In this document: positions 14,346 through 27,699 of the stretch, in pieces
How the letters are laid out: each line of letters begins with the position of its first letter
How positions within the stretch are numbered: position 1 is the stretch's first letter
NCBI RefSeq assembly: GCF_006345805.1
Contig: NC_043017.1
Location: forward strand, 27,776,001-27,840,000
Direction: 5' to 3'
Origin: Octopus sinensis
Taxonomy: Eukaryota
Length of the DNA: 64,000 nucleotides
Position numbers and translations under genes: made by a program
The notes under the pieces: model-generated
The model's database searches: none
The model's input: the letters and a program-made list of their open reading frames with translations, nothing else
What the model was told of the DNA's origin: nothing

Positions 14346-15330
14346 AGAATATACCATTCCAAAATGCCTCATAGTACTTTTCTGGATTTTGCGTTTTCCG
14401 TTATTGTTCTATATATTTTATTTATCGGACATGTCTTTAAATATAAACACCTGATTTTCGATTGCTTGAAACTGATATCAGTTGAACATCCAGTTAGATC
14501 ATTTTATTCATTCATCTTACCTGACTGAGAACTCGAAAAATTTGTCCTGTAGATAGATAGCGCTTACCACAGTAAAATAAAAATGGTAAGAAATTACATT
14601 AAATATGGTAGAACTAGATGCATTTTGTGTTTATATAATGTTGATGGTAATTATATGAACCCTATCGAATACATGTCTGCTTAATCGGAGCTAAAATGGA
14701 GTTAAGCAAAATATGGAACAACGTGAAGAACACAGTCAACTGCGTGCATTTGCAGAATAGATTTCGTTTCAATTATTCTGACCAGACAAGCTACTTGCTA
14801 ATACGTACGCTCCTGTTGCAGTGGTTCCCACTGGGCGGTGGTTCCTTCAGTGTCACTCTTTTGACAGCGGTCTCTGCAAATGTGATATGCACTGCTCAAA
14901 TTTCTTAAATTCTTGGATAAAATAATTGAAAGAATATTTATAGCGTCACTAGCAATAAATGTCAAATCGAGCGCATTAAACAACGCCAGCGAAACAACTT
15001 TCATGACAAAATGACAACGATAACCGGCCATAGCTAAATTGTGAGTTATTTTCTAAATATTTGACGGTTGGTTTAGGTGACAACCTCGGCAATGTGGGAG
15101 ATAAAATGCTTGCTGTCGAAGATGCAGTTTTTGCTATAATTGTTGTCAGTTTCGTAATTTGCCCAGTTCATCTGCGATTGATAACTCTCTGGCTATGACC
15201 GACAGGATATTTCCTGATAGGATATTAATCCTTTTTTGTTATTTCATTTTCCTCTCTTTCTGTGAATCTACTTTGCCCCTGTTCATACACCATCATTCCT
15301 ACTAGATATAAGATTTCTTTTTCGATTTCT

Positions 15331-15733
15331 CTCTTTTCTCTTTTACTTGTTTCAGTCATTTGACTGCGGCCATGCTGGAGCACCGCCTTTAGTCGAGCAA
15401 ATCGACCCCGGGACTTATTCTTTTGTAAGCCCAGTACTTATTCTATCGATCTCTTTTGCCGAACCGCTAATGACGGGGACGTACACACCAGCATCGGTTG
15501 TCAAGCAATGCTAGGGGGACAAACGCAGACACACGAACACCCCACACACACATATATATATATATGTATATACATATATACGACAGGCTTCTTTCAGTTT
15601 CCGTCTACCAAATCCACCAGGCATTGGTCGCCCGGGCTATAGCAGAAGACACTTGCCTATGATGCCACGCAGTGGGACTGAACCGCGCCAACCATGTGGT
15701 TGGTTAGCAAGCAACTTACCATACAGCCCCTCC
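15331..15733 (-). mobile_element. SINE family A, near full length
   Basis: Reverse complement of the 3875-4263 architecture. Confidence 0.92.
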
Positions 15734-16379
15734 TGTATAATTCTCATTCACTATTGCTGAACTGTAAAGTGTCGATCGTTAAGCGAACTAGACGTGTGCT
15801 CACAAGTGGAACCGCGACGCAATAGAACGCTTACAGTATCATGCATTCACACACATATTCATTATCGCACAAACACACGAGGGATCTTTAAATTTGGTTT
15901 CTATCTAACAAATGCCATTCACAAACACAAGAAAAGGACGCTATTCGCAGCAAACAAAACTGGAGATGAAACTATGGGAACGTTAATACAAAGCGAACTT
16001 CCGTTCAACATAAATATTTCCTGGGCCTATCGCAAGACAGAATACCTTGTGTAGTACAGATTGTTATCATTCAACAAGTTACCCCCAAAATAGTCCTTGT
16101 AGGCAAATGAGATTTATTCTATAACCTACGCTTTGGCTACACTTCCTACCCATTTTTCCCGCCCGTTGTATTCTCCGTTGCACCTTGGTCAATGTCAGTT
16201 GATGTACAAATTAAGAGTGAATATTGTCCGTCTAATCCAAAACGACAGATGAAATATGTCTGGTCAGGTGATGTATTCCATAGGAAATATTAGATTTCAG
16301 TAATTCTTATCATCTCCAGCATCAAATTTTATAATTACCATTTCCTTTTGTTCCCCTTTTCCGTGTAACAGTGATCCAC

Positions 16380-16900
16380 AACACCAACAGTTGTAGCACA
16401 ACCAACTCCCCCCTCATACTCATTCTTATGCTCCTCTTGCTCAACTGCCTCTCACTCTACTCCACCACCACCTCCTCCTCTTCCTCCTCTCCTTCTCTTC
16501 CTCTGCCGCCTCCCCCGCATCATCATCTTGATCGTCGTTGTCGATACCGTTGGCTTTGTCGTCGTCCACCACGACGACCACCTCCACTACCACCACCTCC
16601 ACTACCACCACCTCCACCACCATTACATCCACCACTACCTCCACCACCACGACCACCACATCCACAACCACATCCACCACATCCACAACCACAACCACCT
16701 CCGCCACCACCAACCACCTCCACTACCATTACATCCACCACCACCACAACCACATCCACGACCACCACCACTAACAGCAACACCACAACCACCACCACCA
16801 CCACTACAATCACCACCAATAACACCACCTCCTCCACTACTTCCTCATCCACATCCTCCTCCTCCTCATCATCATCTGTTCATCGTCGTCACCATCGTAT
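16380..16900. repeat. (CCA)n/(CCT)n/(CAT)n trinucleotide low-complexity block
   Basis: Direct reading; gives poly-P/H/T/G/V pseudo-ORFs in several frames on both strands. Confidence 0.9.
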
Positions 16901-17035
16901 TGGACAATCGCTTCAATGAGGTTTACGTCTAAAAGAATGTAATACGATACCATTACAAATGCACGATTCCAGATTATCATGAAGAATTATCATATCCAAC
17001 AAATGAGCGCATTTACGTGTATATACACAAGTAAA

Positions 17036-17346
17036 GACGAGTGGCTTAGTGGTTAGGGGCGTTCGGCTCATGCTCGTAAGGTCGTGAGTTCGATCTCTGG
17101 CAACGTGTTGTGAACTTAAGCAAGACAATTTATCCCACGTTGCTCCAATATACGGGCCTCTCAAATAGGTGTAGTACCTATATTTCAAAGGGCCAGCCTT
17201 GCGACGTTCAGTATTACGGTCAGTTTCCCTGAGAAAGAAGCTAAGAGTACTAGTGTTTACGGAGTACTCAACCACGTACACGTTAATTTCACGAGCAGGC
17301 TGATCCGCTGACGGGATCGACTTGAAAACTCGTCAGTAAACGCGCG
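17036..17346 (+). mobile_element. SINE family D (my label), diverged
   Basis: tRNA-like head gtggcttagtggttaggg...gagttcgatc; body module tacctatatttcaaagggccagccttg...cacgttaatttcacgagcaggctg shared with 42262-42582 and with the composite at 58884-59394. Confidence 0.8.
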
Positions 17347-17462
17347 TGAAGTACTTTCTGAGTACACGAATATGTATGTGAATAAATGATTTTCGCACAC
17401 ACACACACACATACATACACACACACACACACATATATGCACACGCACACATATAAGTACAT

Positions 17463-17493
<31 letters not shown>

Positions 17494-17550
17494 AAGTAGT
17501 AACAGGGTCCTGCGTAGGACTGCCACATCGTCATGGAAAATAGATTTTCC

Positions 17551-17611
<61 letters not shown>

Positions 17612-17624
17612 TACACACACACAT

Positions 17625-17815
17625 GTGACCGCGTGTGTACTGTTGGCGAGTTTTTCCCTCCGTCTTCCCTTCTTCGGATCTTTCCTTTTCCTATGTTTCT
17701 GACGAAAAGCTCCGCTCGAAACGTTAAACCCTCCTTCTTTCCTGAGCGTCCAATAATACTATATTTGTTACACGTCCTCGCGTTGTTGTTTTCATGTTTG
17801 GATTAACTATATATA
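17625..17815 (+). mobile_element. Penelope-like pLTR-type fragment with a minimal hammerhead motif
   Basis: Pyrimidine-rich 190-bp island between CA/TA microsatellites containing ctgacga...gaaacgtt; family assignment is inference from the known PLE-hammerhead association. Confidence 0.55.
17695..17729 (+). ncRNA. Minimal type I hammerhead ribozyme motif (probably impaired)
   Basis: gttt-CTGACGA-a-a-agc tcc gct-c-GAAA-CG-T-T-aaac: 4-bp stem I (gttt/aaac), 3-bp stem II with an A-C mismatch at the 10.1-11.1 pair, palindromic ACGT stem III. Confidence 0.6.
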
Positions 17816-17869
17816 TTTATATATGCATATACACACATGTATATATATATATATATGCATATACACACA

Positions 17870-17917
<48 letters not shown>

Positions 17918-18130
17918 GCATATATATATATGCATATACACACATGTGTGTATGTGTGCATATATATATATGCATATATATATATGCATATACACACATG
18001 TGTGTATGTGTGTATATGTATATATGCATATATGTATATATGCATATATATATATGCATATACACACATGTGTGTATGTGTGTATATGTATATATATATA
18101 TATATTCATATACACACATGTATATATATA
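17815..18130. repeat. Minisatellite of atatgcatatacacacatgtgtg units within TA repeats
   Basis: About five copies read directly. Confidence 0.85.
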
Positions 18131-18985
18131 TTGTGTGTGAATGTACTTGTGGGTATGTTTATGTGGGGGCATGTCTGTTCGTTTATAAATACATATAGTC
18201 GCACACAGTTGAGCAATGATAAAACATGGTCTGGTCTTCCTAAATCTGCTTTTACTCATCATCTTGAGAAAGATCATATGGACGAACAGTACTTATAAGC
18301 GTTAATTAAAAGTGAAATTTTGATATAACATTCCCAAATACAATCTCATGTTATATATTTCATTTATTAACACGACAATACGTGCCTTTTCCAAACATCT
18401 CCAGTGTACTTTTAGAGTGTAGAAATGTGACAATTATACTTCGTAAATACAACAGCTTTCACTTATATAAATAAATGTTTCCTTCACATAAATACATATA
18501 TGATATATTTAATGGATTGCCGACCGAGACTGCTGTCAAGTCAGGAAATTGATTATAAAGCTTCTTCCTTGCTGCATCCAACTTAGAGCAATATAACAAG
18601 CAAGCATTTATTTCTAAAATGGTTTTCTTTCCAGTTTATCTATTTCACTTCCATTTGGGTTTGGATTTTTGGATTTTCTGGTGGTTTATGGTTGTGAATT
18701 ATTAAAATTTTCTATCATATTAAATGTGATGTGTGGAGGATGTATTGTGTTAGACTTTAAAATAGTTTGCGTTCAGTTGCACTTATTTCTAATTCAGCTG
18801 AAGACAAAACCATTTCCCCTATCAATAACGTGTCAAACACCATTGAATTAGCCAATCTCTTAAGTGATATTGTTCTCATCGTAAGCAATTTCAGACAATA
18901 TCATTACAAGTGTATACTTGCCGAAAATCATACTAGATTAGTATCGAACGAACACACTCACAACATCAACATGTATTTAGGCGTA

Positions 18986-19029
<44 letters not shown>

Positions 19030-19053
19030 CACCACACACACACACACACACAC

Positions 19054-19117
<64 letters not shown>

Positions 19118-19150
19118 TATGTGTGCGTGTATTTATATGAATATATATTA

Positions 19151-19190
<40 letters not shown>

Positions 19191-19300
19191 GTATGCATGT
19201 ATGTACTGCCGTATCATTTTCTTAATAGGCATACAAATATATTTGATCAAACATATAGAGATGTTTATGAACAAGGCACTTATACACACACACACACATA

Positions 19301-19349
<49 letters not shown>

Positions 19350-20111
19350 ACACAAAGACACACATACGTGTATAGATATAAATATCTACACATACACATT
19401 ACGATATACCGTCGTAGATATTACATTAAGTAATGAAAACTTTTTCTTAGAAATAAGTGAAAAGTATTTGAAAAACAGGAAAGTAATGTCTGAACATGTA
19501 ATATTTAAAATTATTTCGCATTGTTCCCGAGTGATTTCTGATACAACGTTGGATAAACATTCTAAAATGCATTGATTCTTCACTAGAATGCCATAAGAAT
19601 GTCTCCTTTTCTAAAATATACTGCGGTATTATCGTTCCTGCAGTATCATATTATTCTCAACACACTCTCCGTTTCACTACAATGAGAGAAGTAAACTTAT
19701 TTTGGATCTCTGGAGAATAGCTTCTTTTGAGACTTTCCAACTACAAACCTTATACTTATATGGTTTTTGTACTTGTGATTCTCGCAGAAGAGCTGTTTGG
19801 GCCTCCTCCTCTACACTACCTATAACAACTGAGAACTTCCCCGCCTCTGTTTAGACGATATTTTATTTAAAACGGAGTGAAACATTTCTATTTCAAATGT
19901 GATTCAAAACTACTTAATAAATCCTGCATGTTACCATATTTGTATGGTAAACACTTTCTATGAAATCTCAAGTTTTAAACCAAATAATTTTCGTATGGTT
20001 TTTTTAGACATTTACTAGTACATCACATGTACTGAAAAGAGCATTGTTGCCTTAGCGTGCTCCGTAATATTATCTCATATATTACGGTGATGAGCTGGCA
20101 GGATTACAGAA

Positions 20112-20257
20112 AATTTCACCGCCATCAGTTCACTATGATGAAAGTTCCACCATAAGAAAAGTTCACCGCGAAGAAAGATTTCCTTGTTAATATCTCACCA
20201 TTAACAGGTAAAAACTAGTTTATTGAAAATATAAAGGTGAATTGATGACGGTGAACT
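20112..20257. mobile_element. Small MITE-like remnant with 19-bp imperfect inverted repeats
   Basis: ttcaccgccatcagttcac (20115-20133) versus gtgaattgatgacggtgaa (20237-20255), 17/19 complementary; no TSD seen. Confidence 0.35.
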
Positions 20258-20264
20258 TAGCGGA

Positions 20265-20417
20265 CATGCGCTGGTAGAATCGTTAAGACACTGAACAGAA
20301 TGCTTAGCAGTATTTTTATTCTTGATGTTCTGAGTTCAAATTCCAACTTAGCTTTTCATCCTTTCGGTAGTCGGTAAAATAATAACCAATCGATCACTGG
20401 CATCGATGTAATTGATT

Positions 20418-20452
<35 letters not shown>

Positions 20453-20515
20453 TCAATCTCTCTCTCTCATTAAAATTTACTGATCTTGTGTCAAATCTTG
20501 AAATTAATATTATCT
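20265..20515 (+). mobile_element. Decayed SINE-B variant (B') with internal (TC)n
   Basis: gctggtagaatcgtt...ttctgagttcaaattcc...ttttcatcctttcgg...aaaatttactgatcttgtgtcaaatcttgaa. Confidence 0.7.
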
Positions 20516-20547
20516 CATATTTTTATCTCGCTCTAAAACTAGTGACG

Positions 20548-20820
20548 TGCAGGCACATGACCTAGTGGTTAGAGTAGCGGACTCCCGGTCGAGGGATTGC
20601 AGGTTCAAATCTCAGACCGGGTAATGTGTGTGTTTATGAGCGAAACACCTAAGCTCCACGCGGTTCCGACAGGAAGTAATGGCGGACTTCTGCTGACTCT
20701 TTCGCCACAACTTTCTCTCATTTTTTCCTCCTGCATCTTGCAGCTCACCTGCGACGGACCGGCGTCCCGTCCAGTTGCGGAACATATACGCCAAGGAAAA
20801 CGGGAAACCGACCCTTATGA
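20548..20820 (+). mobile_element. SINE family C head with tail type 1
   Basis: tRNA-like head, body gagcgaaacacctaagctccacg; tail cacctgcgacggaccggcgtcccgtccag...acccttatga. Confidence 0.85.
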
Positions 20821-20884
20821 AAATTGTGTGTGTATGATAAAGTAAAAACTTGACAGCAGATGAAGCATATAAGACTGGAGGGTG

Positions 20885-21125
20885 AAAATACCTATTTCTT
20901 TACTACCCACAAGGGGCTAAACACAGAGGTGACAAACAAGGACAGACAAAGGGATTAAATCGATTACATCGACCCCAGTGCGTAGCTGGTAACTTAATTT
21001 ATCGACCCCGAAAGGATGAAAGGCAAAGTCGACCCCGGCGGAATTTGAACTCGGAACGTAACGACAGACGAAATACGGCTACGCATATCGCCCGGCCTGC
21101 TAACGTTTCTGCCAGCTCGCCGCCA
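20885..21125 (-). mobile_element. SINE family B, full length
   Basis: Reverse complement of the B consensus; the tail runs into ggtatttt, the first 8 nt of the multimer junction. Confidence 0.93.
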
Positions 21126-21699
21126 TTTTGGAGGTTGAAAATATAATGAATCAAGAACTATTTCACCCTCTTGTCTATCTCACTTTTTTCCCACTCTGTC
21201 CCTCTCCCTCTCGCTCGATTTCCCTGTCTTCCACCGTCTCGTTATCCCAACACCTATCTCCAGCGGCAACCCACATCATGTCTGGAGACAATCCTCGGTT
21301 TATTGTTTCACGGTTATCTATCGATCACCCTTGGTTTTTACACTGAAAACAATGGTTAAATAAAATGTTTTCTCTAGTTTTGTTTTTCTCCGCTCGCCCT
21401 GAGAGAGTGTATATATTTTTTAATACTCTTCCAATATCGCTGGTATGAAAACAGCAAGGAAAAATGAGAAAAAAATATATGTATAATTTAAGGAAACATA
21501 ACCAAGTTTTAAAAAAAGAGCGAAAAACATCAGTTTGGCTTCTTCGGCTTTTGAATATAATATAATATTAAAAAAAAAGGAAAAGAACAATAAATTTGAA
21601 ACGATAAATAAGAGTGAAAACACATAAAAGCTGAGTTCGATGGAACCAACACCAATAAATTGACAATAAATCACTGGTAATCAATAATGGAAACTGCTT

Positions 21700-23215
21700 T
21701 GGTTTTTATAACATCAGCAGCAGTAGCATCATCATTGCCTTCGTAATCATCATTCTTACCGCCATCACCACCACTACCACCATCATCATGATCATCATCA
21801 TGATAATGATTGTGGCCTTCTTCATCGTCGACATCGTCATCTTCATAATTACACAGTTATCATCGCCGCCGCCATCATCGTCATCATCAGCCTCCACCAG
21901 ATACACCATTATCATAACCATCACAATGGTAATGATGATGATGATGATGATCGTCATCATCATAGCCATTACAACCATAGCTGTCATACTTCTCTTTCAG
22001 CATAAACATCGTTATCCTCACATTTTACTACTACTACTACTACTACTATTGCTGCTGCCACTACTACTACTACTACTAATAATAATAATAATAATAATTA
22101 CAACAACAATAATAATAATAATAGTAATAATGATGATGGTGATAATGATGATAATACTGCTAGTGATGGTGGTGCTGGTGCTACTACTACTGTTGTTACT
22201 ACTACTAATACTGCTACTGATTATGCACCTACACTTACTACTACTACTGCATTTACTACTACTGCACTTACTACTACCACTACTACTACTACTAGTTCTT
22301 TCTCTTGTTTTTTTTTCTGCTTCTTCTAATACTTCATCTTTTTTCGTATTGTTAATATTCTTATCCCTGCTATATTACTGATACTACTACTACCGCTACT
22401 ACTTCTATTCCAGGTACTATTTTGAGCACAACACATACTACTAGTGCTAGCATTCCTACAACAACGAAATTTCACCATCAGAACCACCTGCAGCATTAAT
22501 CTTTTTTTTTTTTTTTCGCGTAGTCTCGAAGATAATCATCACCATGGTGACACTAACTGTGATCTCGGTCGAGAACTATGTGACCATCAGCAATATCACC
22601 CGCTCCGGTACAATCACCACCACCACTATGATCATTATTGTCAGTGTCGTCATTATAATCATCATCATCATAATCGCGTCATCATCATCATCGTCGTCCT
22701 CGTCCTCATTAACATAATCCTCATAATCATTAAGGTCATCACCGTCTTGTTGTCATCGTTATCGTCGTCATCAACATCTTCATCATCGTCAGCAGTAGCG
22801 TCATCGTCGTCATCATCATCATCCTCTTCATCGTCATCGTCACCGTCATCATCATCCTCAATACCATCATCATCATCATCAATATCATCGTCATCATCAT
22901 CATCACCAATATCATCGTCATCATCATCACCAATATCATAGTCATCATCATCATCATCATGAATATCATCGTCATCATCATCATGAATATCATCATCACC
23001 ATCGGTATCATCATCACCATCATCATCAATATCCTCATCATTATCATCATCATTTTCATGGCCACCACCTTCATCAACATCATCATCACGTTCATAACAG
23101 ACTTCGTCACGCCGCCATCTTCATCGTCGTCGTCTTCGTCGTCATCATCATCACCATTATCATAATCACTATCGCCATCTTCGTCATCATCATCCCCACC
23201 AACACCGCCATCATT
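21700..23215. repeat. Extended trinucleotide field (CAT/TAC/AAT/CGT), interrupted at ~22300-22600
   Basis: Direct reading. Confidence 0.9.
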
Positions 23216-23799
23216 TCCTCCAAGGACGGCGTTTCTTTGAGAAATCGCTCAAAAGCCACCTTTGTGTATGGTTCGCTGTATTGTTACGTCATATTACATT
23301 GTGAGTTAATATCCTGCCAAAACACTTCTTTGATATTTTCTATCATTATTCTCGTGTTCGATTAAATAAGTAGCAATCAAGTAGAAAGGTCGATATAATC
23401 GATTCTGGCATTTTTTCTTTATCTGTCACCTTAAAGACCTTAGTTGGAATTTAATACTTTTATTATTACCTTCTGTGGTTGAGGGATCTTATACCAGGGT
23501 TTTCCGGATTTTTTTCAGACGGTAATGTAGAAAGATTATTATGCTTTAAAATTACAGTTTTTAAATATGAGCGTGTATGGGCTTGCATGAATGCTCTGTG
23601 TAAGTGGGATGCGTGAGAGAGAGGGAGGGGGAGAGAATATGCGTTTCTTAGTGAGTGTGAGTGAGCTTGTGTGTGCGTATGTGGGTTTGTGGGTGTGTGT
23701 CTGCGAACATGTGTCGGAGTATACAAATATATACGCATTATTTACGGTGTTTCGTTACTTTTTGTTATAAAATTACACTTTTAACTGCAAAGATGAACA

Positions 23800-23834
<35 letters not shown>

Positions 23835-23962
23835 GCACATATACATATATATAATATAAATATATATATATACACATACATACATATATATATAATTATA
23901 AATAATATATATATATAATACATACATATATATATGCATATATACATACATAGTTACCTACC

Positions 23963-24019
<57 letters not shown>

Positions 24020-24216
24020 GAACTGGACATCAAAATGAAAACATAGACAAAATAAGAAACGAGAACATGAAAGACAAAAAACGAATAATTTTTTTTTTCG
24101 AACAACGGAAGAAACAAAGAAAAGAGAAACGGAACATAAAGAACATTACCTTCATCAGTTCTCCTGTTTTATCTACTTCGCATCTATATATATCTATATA
24201 CATACATATATATATA

Positions 24217-24255
<39 letters not shown>

Positions 24256-24282
24256 GAAAAGTATAGTATTAAATATCCATTA

Positions 24283-24376
24283 CGGCTAATTTTACCAACC
24301 GGTTTCGCATAAAGAATATAATGGAGCGTTAGGTAACAAGGCGGTTATATAACTATACGCTCATCACAGTTAGCCG
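24283..24376 (-). ncRNA. Degenerate type I hammerhead-like fold
   Basis: Minus strand: cggctaa-ct-GTGATGA-gcgta...tatgc-GAAA-CCGG-T-T-gg-taaaa-ttagccg; 7-bp distal stem I, 5-bp stem II base, palindromic ACCGGT; C3 replaced by G. Confidence 0.35.
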
Positions 24377-25702
24377 ATGTGGAAAGGAATATGGTAACTG
24401 GTCTTTATTGTCGGAAGGGGAAGAGCACAAACCGTCAGAGGCTGCTATAAAACAAGTGGTGCAACGAAAAAGAGGGTAAGGGATTAGCTTAGGGTTATTA
24501 CACTTGAGTGAGTATGCTGGGAAGCCGGCAAGAATTATCTTGAAATGGGGAAGGTTTGTATTATGAATGTGGTGATCCTGTCGGGATGGGGTGTGTGACA
24601 TGTTTAGTGGTGTCATGCATAATTTTTTTCGGGGGCGTAGGTATATAATGCTGTGTTCGCTTTCTTTCTGTAAAGGATAAAGTCTTGGGAGTGGTTATGC
24701 TAGGGTACTGTGTGCGTAATGTTTAATGCATTTGGAGTGGTCTGTACATGTGTGGGGGTATATATATGTTTGTGTGTGTATTTATATATATATATATGTA
24801 TGCATATATATGTATGTATATATATGTGTATGTATGTATGTATATATATGTATGTATGTATATATATGTATGTATATGTATAGATATGTATGTATATGTA
24901 TAGATATGTATGTATATGTATAGATATGTATATATATATATAGAGAGATATGTATATATATATATGTATAGATATGTGCATAGATATGTATAGATAGATA
25001 TATGTTTATGTATGAATGTATATATATGTATATATATATATATGTATATATATATATGTATATATACATACACACACAGAATCATATAGAAAGTTAGAGA
25101 AAGAGATAGATAGACGTCTATAAGATGTATATATTTCTTATTTATGATGGCCTAAATTTTTTTCCATTATTTCATACCATGAATAAGGTGTTTAAGATAA
25201 AGACCTTACTAGTATAAACTTTTTGTTTGTATTTTACTGATAATTATTAATTCTATGTAGTATGCCATCCATATTGCTTAATGGAAACTAACTATTTTTT
25301 TCTAAATTTATAAAAATCTATCTAATGCTTATATCACTTAAAGAGCACGCTTCTGACCTTTCTTTGGCATTTCACACCTAAACGGAGGAAGGAAGGAAAG
25401 AATAGAAGAGAAATAGTTATTCCCTTCTCAGTCTTCATATCTTCTTGCTCCATCTTGCAACGTTAAATTTCTTCCAACATCGTGGTCTAAGAACATAGTG
25501 TTCCAAACCTTAACCTTGAGAATACTGCTCAATTTTTCATTTCGAGTTGGAGAATTTCAATTCCCGTTTTTTTATTTTTATGATTAGCTTGTCTAATTTT
25601 CCACGCCCAGATATCGCGATATATATCACAGGTAACCCTTTATGATCGTTCCGGAAGCCCTTGTCTGTATTGTTGATATATTTCATAATTTAGACGCACC
25701 CT

Positions 25703-26087
25703 TCTCTTTTACTGGTTTCAGTCATTTGACTGCGGCCATGCTGGAGCACCGCCTTTAGTCGAGCAATCGATCCCACGCCTTCTTTGGAAGCCTAATACTT
25801 ATTCTATCGGTCACTTTTGCCGAACCGCTACGTTACGGGGGACGTAAACACACCAGCATCGGTTGTCATGCGATATTAGGTGAACAGACACACAAACACA
25901 CGTACATGATATATAAACATATATACTATGGGCTTCTTTCAGTTTCCACTACCAAATCCACTCACAAGGCTTTGGTCGGCCCGAGGCTATAGTAGAAGAC
26001 AGTTGCCCAAGGTGCCACGCAGTGGGACTGACCCAGAACCATGCGGTTGGTAAGCAAGCTACTTACCCCACAGCCACTCCTGCGCCT
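25703..26087 (-). mobile_element. SINE family A, full length
   Basis: Complete head (aggcgcaggagtggctgtg on minus) through tail. Confidence 0.92.
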
Positions 26088-27127
26088 ACTGTTAACAAAC
26101 GCTGATTCTACTGCTTTAATTTTGGAAGTATCAATTAATAAAATATATATTTATGTTGTAGTGTACTTGAACAAGAGATAAACTGTTCAATATGTTGCGT
26201 TTATTGTATTTTTTATATATTTTTAGCTGTGGCAGTTATTAAGCCTAGCTCTGTTCCAGTCACTTGTTACCATTGTATCCAAGACCTTATTTATGTTAGC
26301 TTTCATTCATTGAGTACCGTTCTCCATCTTGCTTTGTGTAAGATTCTCACTGCTAAGTTCTCTGTAAAGCCATGTTCACAAAAGGGAGCTGGTCTACGCA
26401 AAATTTCCCAAAATATTCAACATGTTGAAACGTTACTTCTAATGTGTAAATTTTCAAATGTATGTTCATTTCTTTTCGATATTTGTAAAACCAATACTAT
26501 CTCCACAATTTGCTGATCCGCAATATAAAAAAGGCACATTGTACAGCCTTGAATGAAAACTATTGTATCCTTTTCCCACAGTATAGTGCAGATTTACACA
26601 GAATTTTCAGTCTCCAAAAACATAGGGCTTCAAAAGACTTCTTTCATCATAGTGTACCTTATCTGTCTTTTATATTTACGGATCTGTAACTCCTTGCATC
26701 TGCCATACTTATTGAGCCTTTATCTCATAGCTGTATCATAAAGTATTTTACGGTCTTCCTGCGTTTTCTCACTGGGCGTGTTTTAATACGGAGTTCCAAC
26801 AAAAGTTTTTTTTCTGTAAAAGCATAAACTATTTATTTGATCTTCATTCCTTTGAGAACGTATTTGACTGTTTGCTAAAAATAGATTCCTTTTATAACCT
26901 ATTCTAGTAACACTATATTCATGCCGTATCGTGTTTAAAAGCAACTTGAAATTACTATTCTTTACAGATATAGCACGCTCAACATAAATTAGTTTTATAT
27001 ATCCAATAAATTGTTGTTCAAAAAATTCTCTACGAATTCATGAATTCTGGGGAGTTTCCTGAAGCGAGGTTTACTTTTGTGGATCCCTAAGCAATTTGAG
27101 AATTTCTGCCTAGCTGCTCTTTTATGT

Positions 27128-27513
27128 TTCACTTGTGTCAGTCATTAGATAACGGTCATGCTGGAGCACCGCCCTGAAGCATTTTTAATCGAATGAATCG
27201 AATCGACCCCAGTACATATTTTTTACATTGGCTGTTACTTATGCTATCTGCCGCTTTTACCGAAACGTTAGGGACATAAACACACCAACACCGGTTGTCA
27301 AGAGGTAGTGAGGAACAAACACACTCAAACACAGACACATACATACATACGATGGTCCTTTTCAGTTTTCGTCTACCAAATCCGCTCACAAGACTTCAGT
27401 TAGTTTGAATCTATAACAGAAGCCACTTGCCCAAGGTGCGACGCAGCGAGACTCATCTCCGATCTATGTCATTGGGAGGCAAGCTTCGTATGATACAGCC
27501 ACGTCTCCACCTA
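27128..27513 (-). mobile_element. Older, diverged SINE family A copy
   Basis: cggtcatgctggagcaccgcc tail, cacaccaacaccggttgtcaag, ttttcagttttcgtctaccaaatcc, cacttgcccaaggtgcgacgcag. Confidence 0.8.
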
Positions 27514-27530
27514 GAAATATAGAACACATG

Positions 27531-27570
27531 AGTGGAAATTAATCCGTGTGACTCTCCCCAGACACAATAG
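27531..27570. mobile_element. Internally deleted fragment of the foldback arm seen at 29955-30221
   Basis: tgactctccccagacacaa (27549-27567) is the exact reverse complement of 29960-29978 and is preceded by agtggaaatt, also present in the right arm. Confidence 0.6.
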
Positions 27571-27657
27571 GTGTGTGTGTCTGTGTGTCTATCTATCAGT
27601 CTCACTATGTATCTATATCTGTATATCTATATATCTATCTATCTATCATTCTGTCTT

Positions 27658-27699
<42 letters not shown>

